Below, in pieces: positions 46,666-55,653 of a stretch of DNA of 64,000 nt. Location of the stretch: contig JBGPOW010000001.1 in assembly GCA_041488235.1 (NCBI GenBank), positions 737-64,736 on the forward strand, read 5' to 3'. This stretch comes from Candidatus Binatia bacterium. GTDB lineage: Bacteria; Desulfobacterota; Binatia; UTPRO1. A program made the position numbers and the translations under genes. Each line of letters begins with the position of its first letter. Within the stretch, counting starts at the first letter, position 1. The notes below the pieces were generated by a model, which ran no database searches, had not been told where the DNA came from, and saw only the letters and a list, made by a program, of their open reading frames with translations.

Positions 46666-47313
46666 CTATTCGATGGCGGGTGTCAGCCCCTCGCGAAGAG
46701 CGTATTTCACGAGCTCCGCGGTGCGCCGGCAGTGCAGCTTCTGCATCAGCCGCTCGCGGTGCTGCCCGACCGTTTTCGGGCTGATCTTCAGCGCCGCGGC
46801 TATCTCCTTGTAACTGTTGCCTTCTGCGATGAGCTGCAGCACCTCGCGCTCGCGCGGCGTGAGGATGGAGAGCTTCTCGGCCTTGGCGGCTCGATTGGTC
46901 TCGAGATAACCCTCGACGATCATCTGTGACACCGGGGCGCTGAAGTAACTCCCCCCGTTGCGGACGCTCTCGAGCGCCGCGATCAGCTCGTTGCCGGCGG
47001 CGCTCTTCAGCAAATACCCGGCGGCGCCCGACTCGAGCGCTTGCCGCACGTACGACTCGAGGAGGTGCATCGACAGCACGACGACCTGCGTCCGCGGGAA
47101 TCGCTGCCGCACTTGCCGCGTCGCCTCGATGCCGTTCAGCCCCTTCATCGCGATGTCCATGACGACGATGTCTGGATGGAGCTGTTCGACGAGCTTCACG
47201 GCGCTGCGACCGTCCTCCGCCTCGCCGACGACTTGAAACGCCCCGTGCTTCTCGAGGAGCGTGCGGAGGCCTTGGCGGAACAGCGTGTGATCGTCAACCA
47301 ACAGCACGCGCAT
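46666..47313 (-). CDS. NarL/FixJ-family response regulator (REC + LuxR HTH)
   Basis: MRVLLVDDHTLFRQGL...DIVVMDIAMKGLNG...LTPREREVLQLIAEGNSYKEIAAALKISPKTV. Confidence 0.85.
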   Translation of the reverse strand: MRVLLVDDHTLFRQGLRTLLEKHGAFQVVGEAEDGRSAVKLVEQLHPDIVVMDIAMKGLNGIEATRQVRQRFPRTQVVVLSMHLLESYVRQALESGAAGYLLKSAAGNELIAALESVRNGGSYFSAPVSQMIVEGYLETNRAAKAEKLSILTPREREVLQLIAEGNSYKEIAAALKISPKTVGQHRERLMQKLHCRRTAELVKYALREGLTPAIE

Positions 47314-49111
47314 TCACAGCCTCCACGGGACACGTCACGACAACCTGGCTGCCCTTGCCCGGCCGCGAGCGCAGCTCGAGTCGGCCGCGCAGGTGATCCA
47401 TCCGTTCACGCATGCTCGCGAGACCGAGACCAACGCGCCGCTCCACCCCCAGGCGCGTGGCATCGAATCCACAGCCGTCGTCGCGCACCTCGAGGCGCAC
47501 CGACGCCGGCGCGAGGTGCAAACGCACCTTCACGTGCGCGGCGCGCGCGTGCTTCACGACGTTCGTCAGCGCCTCTTGCGCGATGCGATAGAGCGCGAGC
47601 GCGAGGTCGGAATCGATCCGCACGGCGGCGCCCGACACCCGATAGTCGACGACGAGACGGCCGCCGCTGAAGTAGGTCTCGATCAGCCACTTCATGCTCT
47701 CCGCGAGCCCGAGGTGCTCGAGCATCGGCGGGCGGAGGCCGTACGCCAGCTCGCGGATCTTCTCGATGATCCCCGTCAGCAACGACTCCGTTTCGACGAC
47801 CTTGGCATCGAGCGCGCGGTCCATTCCGCGCTCCTTGAGGAGCTGCAAGTTGATCAGGATCGCGGAGAGCGTCGGCCCCATCTCGTCGTGGAGCTCGTGG
47901 GCGATCCGCTTTCGCTCACCCTCGAGCACGGAGGACTGCTGCGAGTACAGCTGGCGCAGCAATTGGCGATGGCCGCGGACGTCTTCGAAGAGCCGGGCGT
48001 TGCGGATCGCGATGCTCGCTTGATTGCCGAGCTGCATGAGCGTGCGGCGGTCATGATCGGAGAAGACGCGCGGGCGGCTGCTCGAGACATTGAGCGTACC
48101 AATGACGCCGCTGTCGCCGCGCAGCGGGACGATCAAGAGGCCGCGCACGTGACCCGTCTGTTGCAGCGTGCGCAGCAGCGCGCGCCGATCGAGCGTCGCG
48201 TCCCGGCAGCTCACGCAGCGTCCCGTCCGCACCGCGACGCCGGACAAGCTGCCGTCGACGGGAAATCGCAAGCCGCGGAAATCGAAGCCCTGCTCGCCGC
48301 GACTCGTGCTGGCGATCTCGAACTCCGTGCCGTCACGGTTGAGCAGCATGACGAGGGCGCCGCGGGAGCGCGTGAGGCGTTGCGCCGCCGAGGTGACCAT
48401 GTCGAGGATCGCCGGCAGCTCGAGGTTCGCGCTCAGCGCCGCGGCGATGCGCCGCAAGAAACGCGTCTCCGAGCGCGTCTTTCGGCGCGAGTCGCGCGCG
48501 CTGACGACGTGCAAAGCCGTTCCGAGCTGCCGTCCCAGCGCATCGAGAAAACGGATCTGCGCCGCCGGCGGGCGGGTAGTCTCGCGGAAGCCGACGCCGA
48601 GCGCGCCGAGCACCTTCGTTCCGGCGCGGATGGGGACGAACGCGCCGGCGCCGTAGCGCCGCAGCAGCGACCGCGGCCAGGGTGGCAAGCGGCCGTCGGG
48701 ATCGCCGGCGCGCACGATTCGCCGTCCGTGCCGCACCACCTCGTTGCCGACGGGAGAGTCGAGCGGAATCCGCCGCAGCCGCGTGCGCATGCCCTTCGAG
48801 AGACCGGCAGCGGCCTTCAAATCGAGCCACCGTCCGCTCGCATCGATCAGCCGGATCGTCAGCACCGGAACGTCGAGCGCGCGCTGCAGTCGGATCGCAA
48901 GGCCGCCGAGCGTCCGCGCGCCGAGGCGCGCTTCGCCCGCCATGCGGAGGAGCGCCGCGAACGTCGCGAGACTTTCCGGTGCGAGCGGCGGGCGCCTGGC
49001 GGCGGCGCTTGGCGGTTCGGTCGCGACGCTCAGCTCCGAGCTCCGAGGTATGGAGGTTGGTCGGGCGCTTCGCGTCCCGGCTTGCCACCGGACAGTCGTC
49101 GCGGCCCGCAC
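47294..49111 (-). CDS. GAF-domain sensor histidine kinase (HisKA_3 + HATPase_c, NarX/DegS type)
   Basis: Two GAF-like regions, then HELHDEMGPTLSAI (H-box) and LYRIAQEALTNVVKHA...DDGCGFD. Overlaps the regulator's start. The true start may be the internal ATG at 48943. Confidence 0.8.
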   Translation of the reverse strand: MRAATTVRWQAGTRSARPTSIPRSSELSVATEPPSAAARRPPLAPESLATFAALLRMAGEARLGARTLGGLAIRLQRALDVPVLTIRLIDASGRWLDLKAAAGLSKGMRTRLRRIPLDSPVGNEVVRHGRRIVRAGDPDGRLPPWPRSLLRRYGAGAFVPIRAGTKVLGALGVGFRETTRPPAAQIRFLDALGRQLGTALHVVSARDSRRKTRSETRFLRRIAAALSANLELPAILDMVTSAAQRLTRSRGALVMLLNRDGTEFEIASTSRGEQGFDFRGLRFPVDGSLSGVAVRTGRCVSCRDATLDRRALLRTLQQTGHVRGLLIVPLRGDSGVIGTLNVSSSRPRVFSDHDRRTLMQLGNQASIAIRNARLFEDVRGHRQLLRQLYSQQSSVLEGERKRIAHELHDEMGPTLSAILINLQLLKERGMDRALDAKVVETESLLTGIIEKIRELAYGLRPPMLEHLGLAESMKWLIETYFSGGRLVVDYRVSGAAVRIDSDLALALYRIAQEALTNVVKHARAAHVKVRLHLAPASVRLEVRDDGCGFDATRLGVERRVGLGLASMRERMDHLRGRLELRSRPGKGSQVVVTCPVEAVNARAVG

Positions 49112-49158
49112 CGCGCGACGCTACTGCCGTTGCTTTTCAAGTGTCAAGGTGACGGGCA

Positions 49159-49383
49159 TCAGAGGCGCAGCGAGGCCGGCGGCGGCTTCTCGATCTTGGT
49201 GCCGCAGGTCGCGGAGCACCGCACGCAGATGTACTCGAACTTGTCGCCCTCCGGCAGGACGAGGAGCAGGCGCTTGCGGACGGGAACCGCGTCGGCACAG
49301 CGCGGGCAGCGCAGCAACGTTGCCTCCAGATCGCGGAACTGACGGCGTGCGTCATCCGGCGGCGGAGCTGACGGATCGCGCAT
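49159..49383 (-). CDS. Small zinc-ribbon protein (CxxC...CxxC)
   Basis: Internal ATG at 49383: MRDPSAPPPDDARRQFRDLEATLLRCPRCADAVPV...YICVRCSATCG. Confidence 0.4.
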   Translation of the reverse strand: MRDPSAPPPDDARRQFRDLEATLLRCPRCADAVPVRKRLLLVLPEGDKFEYICVRCSATCGTKIEKPPPASLRL

Positions 49384-49484
49384 GAGAGGAAGGTAGCACA
49401 TCGGACCGCGACGCGCGCGCGGCGCCGGGTCGAGCGTGGCGCGTTCGTTGCCGCGAGTGGAGGGCGCCGTTATAGTCGGCGGCC

Positions 49485-50888
49485 ATGCCGGGCGCGATCT
49501 ATGTCGAGACCTACGGCTGTCAGATGAACCTCGCCGACAGCGAGCTCATCCTCGGCCACGTCGCCGCGCACGGCTACACGACAACCGACGATCCCGCCGC
49601 CGCCGACGTGATCCTCCTCAACACGTGCGCGATCCGCGAGCACGCCGAGGAGCGCGTCGTCGGACGTCTCACCGATCTCGCGCGCCTGAAAACGCGCCGG
49701 CGCGATCTCGTGCTGGGAATTTGCGGGTGCATGGCGCAGCATCATCGCGCCGCGCTCGCCGCGCGCGTCCCCGCGCTCGATTTGGTCGTCGGGCCGGACG
49801 CCTATCGCCGCCTGCCGACGCTGCTCGCCGCGGCACGCGTGGCGCGCGCCGGCGATCGCGAGCAGGCGCCCGCGGCGGCGACGCGCGCCGCGGCCGACGT
49901 CGATCCGCTCGTCGACGTCCGTCTCGATCCGGACGAGACCTATGCCGACTTGCCGAGCGCGCGCACCGCGGGAGCCGTGCGGGCGTGGATCACGGTCATG
50001 CGCGGCTGCGACAAGTTCTGCACGTTTTGCGTCGTCCCGTACGTGCGCGGCCGCGAGCGCAGTCTCCCCGCCGATGCCGTGCTCGCGCAGGTGCGGGCCG
50101 CCGCCGCGAGCGGCGCCCGGGAGGTCGTGTTCCTCGGCCAAACGGTGAACGCCTACCGCGACGGCGACTGCGACCTCGCAGGGCTGTTGCGGCGCGCGGC
50201 CGAAGTCCCCGGGATTCTCCGCTTGCGTTTCACCTCCCCGCACCCGGCGGACATGAGCCCGGCGTTGATCGCAGCGATGGCGCAGGTGCCGGCGATCGCG
50301 CCGCAGCTCCATCTTCCGGTGCAATCGGGATCCGACGCGGTGCTGGCGCGCATGGAGCGCGGCCACACCGTCGCCGAGTACCGCGACCTCGTCGCCCGCC
50401 TGCGCGACGCGGTGCCCGACCTCGCGCTTTCGACGGACGTGATCGTCGGGTTCCCGGACGAGTCGCTCGCCGATTTCGCGGCGACGTGTCGGCTCGTCGA
50501 GGAGATCGGCTACGATCACGCCTTCCTCTTCAAGTACTCGGCGCGCACGCTGACGAAGGCGGCACGCTGGGAGGACTCGGTCGCGGAGGAGGAGAAGGGT
50601 CGACGACTCGCGCACGTGATCGCGCTGCAAGAGCAGATCAGCGCCGCGCGCAATCGACGCTGGATCGGCCGCACCGTCGAAGTGCTGGTCGAAGGCGCCG
50701 CGCGGCGCTCACCAGGCTGCATCGCGGGGAAGACGCCGCAATTCCTGACCACGGTCGTCGCCGCGGAGGCCGCGCCCGGCACGCGCCTCGCCGCGGTCGT
50801 GACCGGCGCCACCGCACACACGCTGCTCGCGACGCAGATCGACACACCGGCGCACGCTCCAGGCGGTGACGCCTCGCGCGCGGCGTAA
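49485..50888 (+). CDS. miaB: tRNA-2-methylthio-N6-dimethylallyladenosine synthase (radical SAM methylthiotransferase)
   Basis: MTTase N-terminal domain YVETYGCQMN, radical SAM CDKFCTFCVVP, TRAM C-terminus. Confidence 0.9.
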   Translation: MPGAIYVETYGCQMNLADSELILGHVAAHGYTTTDDPAAADVILLNTCAIREHAEERVVGRLTDLARLKTRRRDLVLGICGCMAQHHRAALAARVPALDLVVGPDAYRRLPTLLAAARVARAGDREQAPAAATRAAADVDPLVDVRLDPDETYADLPSARTAGAVRAWITVMRGCDKFCTFCVVPYVRGRERSLPADAVLAQVRAAAASGAREVVFLGQTVNAYRDGDCDLAGLLRRAAEVPGILRLRFTSPHPADMSPALIAAMAQVPAIAPQLHLPVQSGSDAVLARMERGHTVAEYRDLVARLRDAVPDLALSTDVIVGFPDESLADFAATCRLVEEIGYDHAFLFKYSARTLTKAARWEDSVAEEEKGRRLAHVIALQEQISAARNRRWIGRTVEVLVEGAARRSPGCIAGKTPQFLTTVVAAEAAPGTRLAAVVTGATAHTLLATQIDTPAHAPGGDASRAA

Positions 50889-50920
50889 GTCGCTGCTGAG
50901 CGACCGCCCCGCCGCCCGCT

Positions 50921-51670
50921 TCAGCCGGCGGTATGCGTCGCGGCGAGGAAATCGCCTACGAGACGCGCGAACCCCGACGGGTCTTCGTGGAAGATCGAGT
51001 GACCGCGCTCGGGCACGATCTCGAGGCGGCAACGCGGCACGCGCCGGCTGATGATCACCGACCCGCCGACGCCGAGCACGTCGTCGGCGCCGACGACGAC
51101 GAGCGTCGGACAGCGCACCCGCTCGAGCTCTGGTGTGAGCGGCGCGCCGTGCAGCGACCCCATCGCGCGGGCGACGTGCGCGAAGCCGGGGCCGTCGGGG
51201 AGCAATCCCGTCGGGTCGGCGCCGAGCCGACGGACGACGGCGGCTCCACCCTCGCGCTCGCCGATCGCGGCGAGCGCGTCGTAGTACGCGGCCGCGCGTG
51301 CGTTGCACTCGCTCGAGGTGCCGACGAGGATCGCGCTGCGCACGCGCTCCGGATGCGCGATCGCGAGCTGCATGGAGAGGACGCCGCCGGCGGAGTGTCC
51401 GAGCGCGTGCACCGGCGCGTCGCCGACGGCCGCGACGACCGCCGCCAGATCGACGCCGAGCGCGACGACGGTACACGGCTCGTGCGGCGACCCCGAGCGT
51501 CCGTGCGACCGCAAGTCCCACGTGACGACGCGGTAGCGGTCGGCGAGCTCGGCAACGAGCGCGCTCCAAGTCGCACCCGAGGACCCGAGCCCGTGCGTCA
51601 GCACGACCGTCTCGGGCCCGGAGCCGGTGACCTCGTAGTGCAATGAGAAGCCGTCGCGGTCGATCCGCAT
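50921..51670 (-). CDS. Alpha/beta hydrolase fold protein
   Basis: Internal ATG at 51670 (by ORF-track arithmetic). HGLGSSGATW, nucleophile elbow GHSAGG, C-terminal ...GHSIFHEDP. Confidence 0.75.
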   Translation of the reverse strand: MRIDRDGFSLHYEVTGSGPETVVLTHGLGSSGATWSALVAELADRYRVVTWDLRSHGRSGSPHEPCTVVALGVDLAAVVAAVGDAPVHALGHSAGGVLSMQLAIAHPERVRSAILVGTSSECNARAAAYYDALAAIGEREGGAAVVRRLGADPTGLLPDGPGFAHVARAMGSLHGAPLTPELERVRCPTLVVVGADDVLGVGGSVIISRRVPRCRLEIVPERGHSIFHEDPSGFARLVGDFLAATHTAG

Positions 51671-51677
51671 CTCTGCG

Positions 51678-52157
51678 CTAGGCGCCGACGACGTCGACCA
51701 AGATCTCCTCGAAGTCGCGATCCGCCTCGTTCCACGCATACGCCTTCACGTCGCGGACGGCGCGCTCGTAGACGGAGATCACGACGTACGCCACGCCGGG
51801 ATAGGACGGCTCGGGATCGGCGTCGGGATCGCCCCAGAGAGCGCGCGCGCGGTCCGTCGGCGAGAAGTACGCGCCGTGGCTCGGATGCGAATGGTAGAAG
51901 ACGAGAATACGCCAGCCCGGCCGGTCGGCGTCGCGGTTCACCTCGAAGAGCTCGCGCGGGTCCATCTGATACGCGGTGCGGGCGTCGCGCGGATGGGTCG
52001 CGGGGTCGGCGGCGTGGAGCGCGTTCTGGACGTTCGCCATGCGGCGTACGACCTGCCCCTCGGGAGCCGCGAAGACGGCGCCGCAACACTCCTCGGGAAA
52101 CGCCTCCTCGGCGTGCGCGCGCATGGCCGCCATCACGCTCACGTCGATCGCGATCAT
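51678..52157 (-). CDS. JAMM/MPN+ (Mov34) family metalloprotease, stand-alone prokaryotic type
   Basis: EECCG (catalytic Glu) plus a perfect JAMM motif HSHPSHGAYFSPTD (HxHx7Sx2D). Confidence 0.75.
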   Translation of the reverse strand: MIAIDVSVMAAMRAHAEEAFPEECCGAVFAAPEGQVVRRMANVQNALHAADPATHPRDARTAYQMDPRELFEVNRDADRPGWRILVFYHSHPSHGAYFSPTDRARALWGDPDADPEPSYPGVAYVVISVYERAVRDVKAYAWNEADRDFEEILVDVVGA

Positions 52158-52167
52158 CGTCGCCGCA

Positions 52168-53154
52168 TCATGAGCGCGCGCGCATCGATTGCAAGCCGCT
52201 GAGACGCTCGCGCCAACGGATGAGCCGCGCGAGCGTGGTGTTGACCGGTGTCGGCACGCCGGCCGCCGCGCCGAACGTCGAGAGCGCGCCGTTGATCGCG
52301 TCGATCTCCGTCCGCCGTCCGCGTTCGAGATCCTGCAGCATCGACGAGCGATGGTCGGCGGTCGCCGGAACCAGACGCTCGTAGAAGACGCGCCGGTACG
52401 CGTCCGCGCTCGGCGCCGTCGGCGTCACGCCGCGCGCACGCGCGACCGCGTAGGCCTCGCTGATGACGTCGTCCATGATCGCGCGCGCGTCGGGGTCGGC
52501 GGCGAGGGCGCCATAGGGAAGGCCGAGGAGGGCGCCGAGCGGATTCAGCGCCGCATTGTAGAAGACCTTCGTCCAGAGATACGCGTGCACGTCGGCGACG
52601 GCCTCCGCGGGGATTCCGGCCGCGGCGATGCGCGCCGCCCAGCGCCGCGCATGCGCGTCGGCGGACGCGTCGCCGACGACGGCGGCACCGATCGCGACCG
52701 GCTCGGCACACACCGTCACCCGCGCGTGTCCGGGCGCGGGAATCTCCGCCCCGAAGATGACGCGCGCGCCAACGGCGCGCCGGGCGCCGACCGCGTCGCG
52801 GACGCGCTCGACGTTCCCGAGGCCGTTTTGCAAGGAGATCAGGCATCCTTCGGCCGCGACGAGCGGGGCGACGGCGGCAAGCATGGAACCCGTGTCGTAC
52901 GCCTTCACCGTGAGCAGAACGGCGTCGAACGGCCGCCGTAGGCGGGTCGCGTCGGTGACGACCGCCGCCGTCGTCACGCGCCGCGCGCCGAACAGGCCGT
53001 CGACGACGAGACCGCCGGCCGCGACCGCGTCCATGTGCGCCACGCGCCCGAGCAACGTGACGTCATGGCCGGCGGCCGCGAGAAACCCGCCGAACACGGA
53101 CCCCAGCGCCCCGGCGCCGGCGACGAGAACTCGCTCCGACATGACCTCGGTCAT
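52168..53154 (-). CDS. panE: 2-dehydropantoate 2-reductase (ketopantoate reductase)
   Basis: VLVAGAGALGSVFGGFLAAAGHDVTLLGR... has the ApbA N- and C-terminal domains, with K and E residues in the C-domain. Confidence 0.8.
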   Translation of the reverse strand: MTEVMSERVLVAGAGALGSVFGGFLAAAGHDVTLLGRVAHMDAVAAGGLVVDGLFGARRVTTAAVVTDATRLRRPFDAVLLTVKAYDTGSMLAAVAPLVAAEGCLISLQNGLGNVERVRDAVGARRAVGARVIFGAEIPAPGHARVTVCAEPVAIGAAVVGDASADAHARRWAARIAAAGIPAEAVADVHAYLWTKVFYNAALNPLGALLGLPYGALAADPDARAIMDDVISEAYAVARARGVTPTAPSADAYRRVFYERLVPATADHRSSMLQDLERGRRTEIDAINGALSTFGAAAGVPTPVNTTLARLIRWRERLSGLQSMRARS

Positions 53155-53247
53155 CGTTCGCGCCTGGTCCTCCGAAAAGCGCTCTGCTACTATCCCACCC
53201 CCGAGTTTCTCGCACCCTTCACGTCATCCCACGAGGACGGTTGCCGC

Positions 53248-55029
53248 ATGAGTGAGCCCAAACGATCTTCCCGCACGGACGCTCCGACGACGAACACGAC
53301 GCTCGCCGCCTGGGTCGACGAGATGGCGCGTCTCACCAAGCCGGATCGGGTGTACTGGTGCGACGGTTCCATCGACGAGAAGAAGCGCCTGACCGACGAG
53401 GCGGTCGCGCGCGGCATCCTCATCCCGCTCAACCCCGAGAAGCGGCCCGGCTGCTACCTCCACCGCTCGAGCCCGACCGACGTCGCGCGCACCGAGCATC
53501 TCACGTTCGTCTGCACGCGCGAGCGCGACGCCGCGGGACCGAACAACAACTGGATGAGCCCGAAGGACGCCTACGCCAAGCTGGGCGCGCTCTTCGACGG
53601 ATCGATGACGGGTCGCACGATGTACGTCGTGCCCTACCTCATGGGACCGGCGGGCTCGCCGTTCTCGAAGGTCGGCATCGAGATCACCGACAGCATCTAC
53701 GTCGTGCTCAACATGCGCATCATGACGCGTATGGGACGGATCGCCCTCGACGCGCTCGGCGACTCGCCCGATTTCAATCGCGGTCTCCACTCCACGCTCG
53801 ACCTCGATCCCGAGAAGCGGTTCATCTGTCACTTCCCCGAGGACAACACGATCTGGTCGATCGGCAGCGGCTACGGCGGCAACGCGCTCCTCGGCAAGAA
53901 GTGCTTCGCGCTCCGCATCGGCTCGTGGCTGGGCCGCACCGAGGGCTGGCTCGCCGAGCACATGCTCATCCTCGGCGCGGAGGATCCGCAAGGCCGCACG
54001 AGCTACGTCGTCGCGGCGTTCCCGAGCGCCTGCGGCAAGACGAACTTCGCGATGATGGTGCCGCCCGCGCACTTCAAGGGGTGGAAGATCACGACGATCG
54101 GCGACGACATCGCGTGGATGCGCGTCGGCGAGGACGGCCGCCTCTGGGCGGTGAACCCCGAGGCGGGCTACTTCGGCGTCGCGCCCGGCACGAACTTCAA
54201 GACCAACCCGAACGCGATGAAATCGATCGCGCGCGACGCGATCTTCACCAACGTCGCGCTCACACCCGACGGCGACGTGTGGTGGGAAGGCAAGGACGAG
54301 GCGCCGCCCGAGGGCTTGATCGACTGGAAGGGCCAACCCTGGAAGCGCGACTCGGGGCAGCCCGCGGCGCACCCGAACTCGCGGTTCACGGCGCCGATGA
54401 CCAACAACCCGATTCTCTCGCCGCGCGCCGACGACGCGCGCGGCGTGCCGATCTCCGCGATCATCTTCGGCGGCCGGCGCGCCTCGACGATACCGGTCGT
54501 GCTGCAGGCGTTCACGTGGAGCCACGGCGTCTACCTCGGCGCGACGATGGGCTCGGAGACGACGGCGGCGGCGACGGGTCAAGTCGGCGTCGTGCGCCGC
54601 GATCCGATGGCGATGTTGCCGTTCTGCGGCTACGACATGGGCGAGTACTTCGGGCACTGGCTGCGCATGCAGGGTCGCTTGAAGAACCCGCCGCCGATCT
54701 TCCTCGTCAACTGGTTCCGCAAGAGCCGCGAGGGCAAGTTCCTGTGGCCCGGCTTCGGCGAGAACATGCGCGTCCTGCAGTGGATCCTCGCGCGCGCGCA
54801 TGGCGAGACGGGAGCGCGCGAGACCATCGTCGGAGCCGTGCCGCGCGACGGTGACCTCGATCTCGCGGGCCTCGATCTGCCGCCCGAGCACGTCGCAACG
54901 GCCATGGCCGTCGACCGTGAGGAGTGGCGGACCGAGGTCGAGTCGCAAGGCGAACTCTTCGACAAGCTCGATGCGACGATGCCTGCCGCATTGCGCTTGG
55001 AGCGTCAGCTACTGCAAGCGAAGTTGTGA
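53248..55029 (+). CDS. pckG: Phosphoenolpyruvate carboxykinase (GTP)
   Basis: ATG at 53248 (MSEPKRSS...). Motifs ...FPSACGKTN..., GDDIAWM and ...NWF... Confidence 0.9.
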   Translation: MSEPKRSSRTDAPTTNTTLAAWVDEMARLTKPDRVYWCDGSIDEKKRLTDEAVARGILIPLNPEKRPGCYLHRSSPTDVARTEHLTFVCTRERDAAGPNNNWMSPKDAYAKLGALFDGSMTGRTMYVVPYLMGPAGSPFSKVGIEITDSIYVVLNMRIMTRMGRIALDALGDSPDFNRGLHSTLDLDPEKRFICHFPEDNTIWSIGSGYGGNALLGKKCFALRIGSWLGRTEGWLAEHMLILGAEDPQGRTSYVVAAFPSACGKTNFAMMVPPAHFKGWKITTIGDDIAWMRVGEDGRLWAVNPEAGYFGVAPGTNFKTNPNAMKSIARDAIFTNVALTPDGDVWWEGKDEAPPEGLIDWKGQPWKRDSGQPAAHPNSRFTAPMTNNPILSPRADDARGVPISAIIFGGRRASTIPVVLQAFTWSHGVYLGATMGSETTAAATGQVGVVRRDPMAMLPFCGYDMGEYFGHWLRMQGRLKNPPPIFLVNWFRKSREGKFLWPGFGENMRVLQWILARAHGETGARETIVGAVPRDGDLDLAGLDLPPEHVATAMAVDREEWRTEVESQGELFDKLDATMPAALRLERQLLQAKL

Positions 55030-55173
55030 CGGAACGCGCCTCCAGGCGCGCCATGGACAATTCTCGGCCGCGAGCGTTACTCGACGCACACTTTCGTCAA
55101 CGCCACGACGAAACGCCGTCGGTCAACTCCGTGTTATCGCTCGCCGGCGTCGACACCTTCGATCGGTAGGCTC

Positions 55174-55189
55174 TGGCATCGACCTTGCT
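55174..55189 (+). promoter_or_regulatory. Putative sigma-54 (-24/-12) promoter upstream of the type IV pilin gene
   Basis: TGGCATcgaccTTGCT: GG and GC are separated exactly as in the TGGCAC-N5-TTGCW consensus. The -12 element lies only about 14 nt before ATG 55203, so the transcript would be nearly leaderless. Confidence 0.35.
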
Positions 55190-55202
55190 GTGCTCAGGCC
55201 GC

Positions 55203-55580
55203 ATGTCCACCAAAGGACAGCGCGGCTTTACGCTCATCGAGCTGCTCGTCGTGACGTCGATCATCGGCATCCTGGCGAGCATCGCGATTCCTCAATTCGC
55301 CAGCTACCGGGCACGGGGTTTCGATTCGAAGGTGATGTCCGCCGTCCGTCACGTGGCGACGGGCGAGGAGGCCTATTACGCCACCAACCAGACGTACACC
55401 GGCAACGTCGCGCTGCTCGCCGGCATCGTCCCCGGCGACGTGGACGTGACCATCTCGCCCGGGAACAGCGGCGACCTGGCGACGTCGTTCCGCGTGCACG
55501 GCTCGCACCCGCAAGCGGCCCACGAGTTCGACTGGGTGAGCGATCCGATTCCCGGCGACCCGAACTTCATCATGATGTAG
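55203..55580 (+). CDS. Type IV pilin / prepilin-type N-terminal cleavage-methylation domain protein
   Basis: Leader MSTKGQRG followed by [24 protein letters not shown] (the class III signal), 125 aa. Confidence 0.75.
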   Translation: MSTKGQRGFTLIELLVVTSIIGILASIAIPQFASYRARGFDSKVMSAVRHVATGEEAYYATNQTYTGNVALLAGIVPGDVDVTISPGNSGDLATSFRVHGSHPQAAHEFDWVSDPIPGDPNFIMM

Positions 55581-55653
55581 GGTTGGACCCCGGCGCGCGA
55601 GGGGCTCCGCTGGCGCGTGCATCCGATCGCGCTTCGCGTGTAGATTCGGCGCC

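Noticed and set aside
47393-49342. 649-aa plus-strand ORF opposite the GAF histidine kinase
   Set aside because: The H-box and HATPase motifs are on the minus strand.
53224-54948. 574-aa minus-strand ORF and 498-aa plus off-frame ORF across pckG
   Set aside because: Only the 53248..55029 plus frame encodes PEPCK-GTP motifs.
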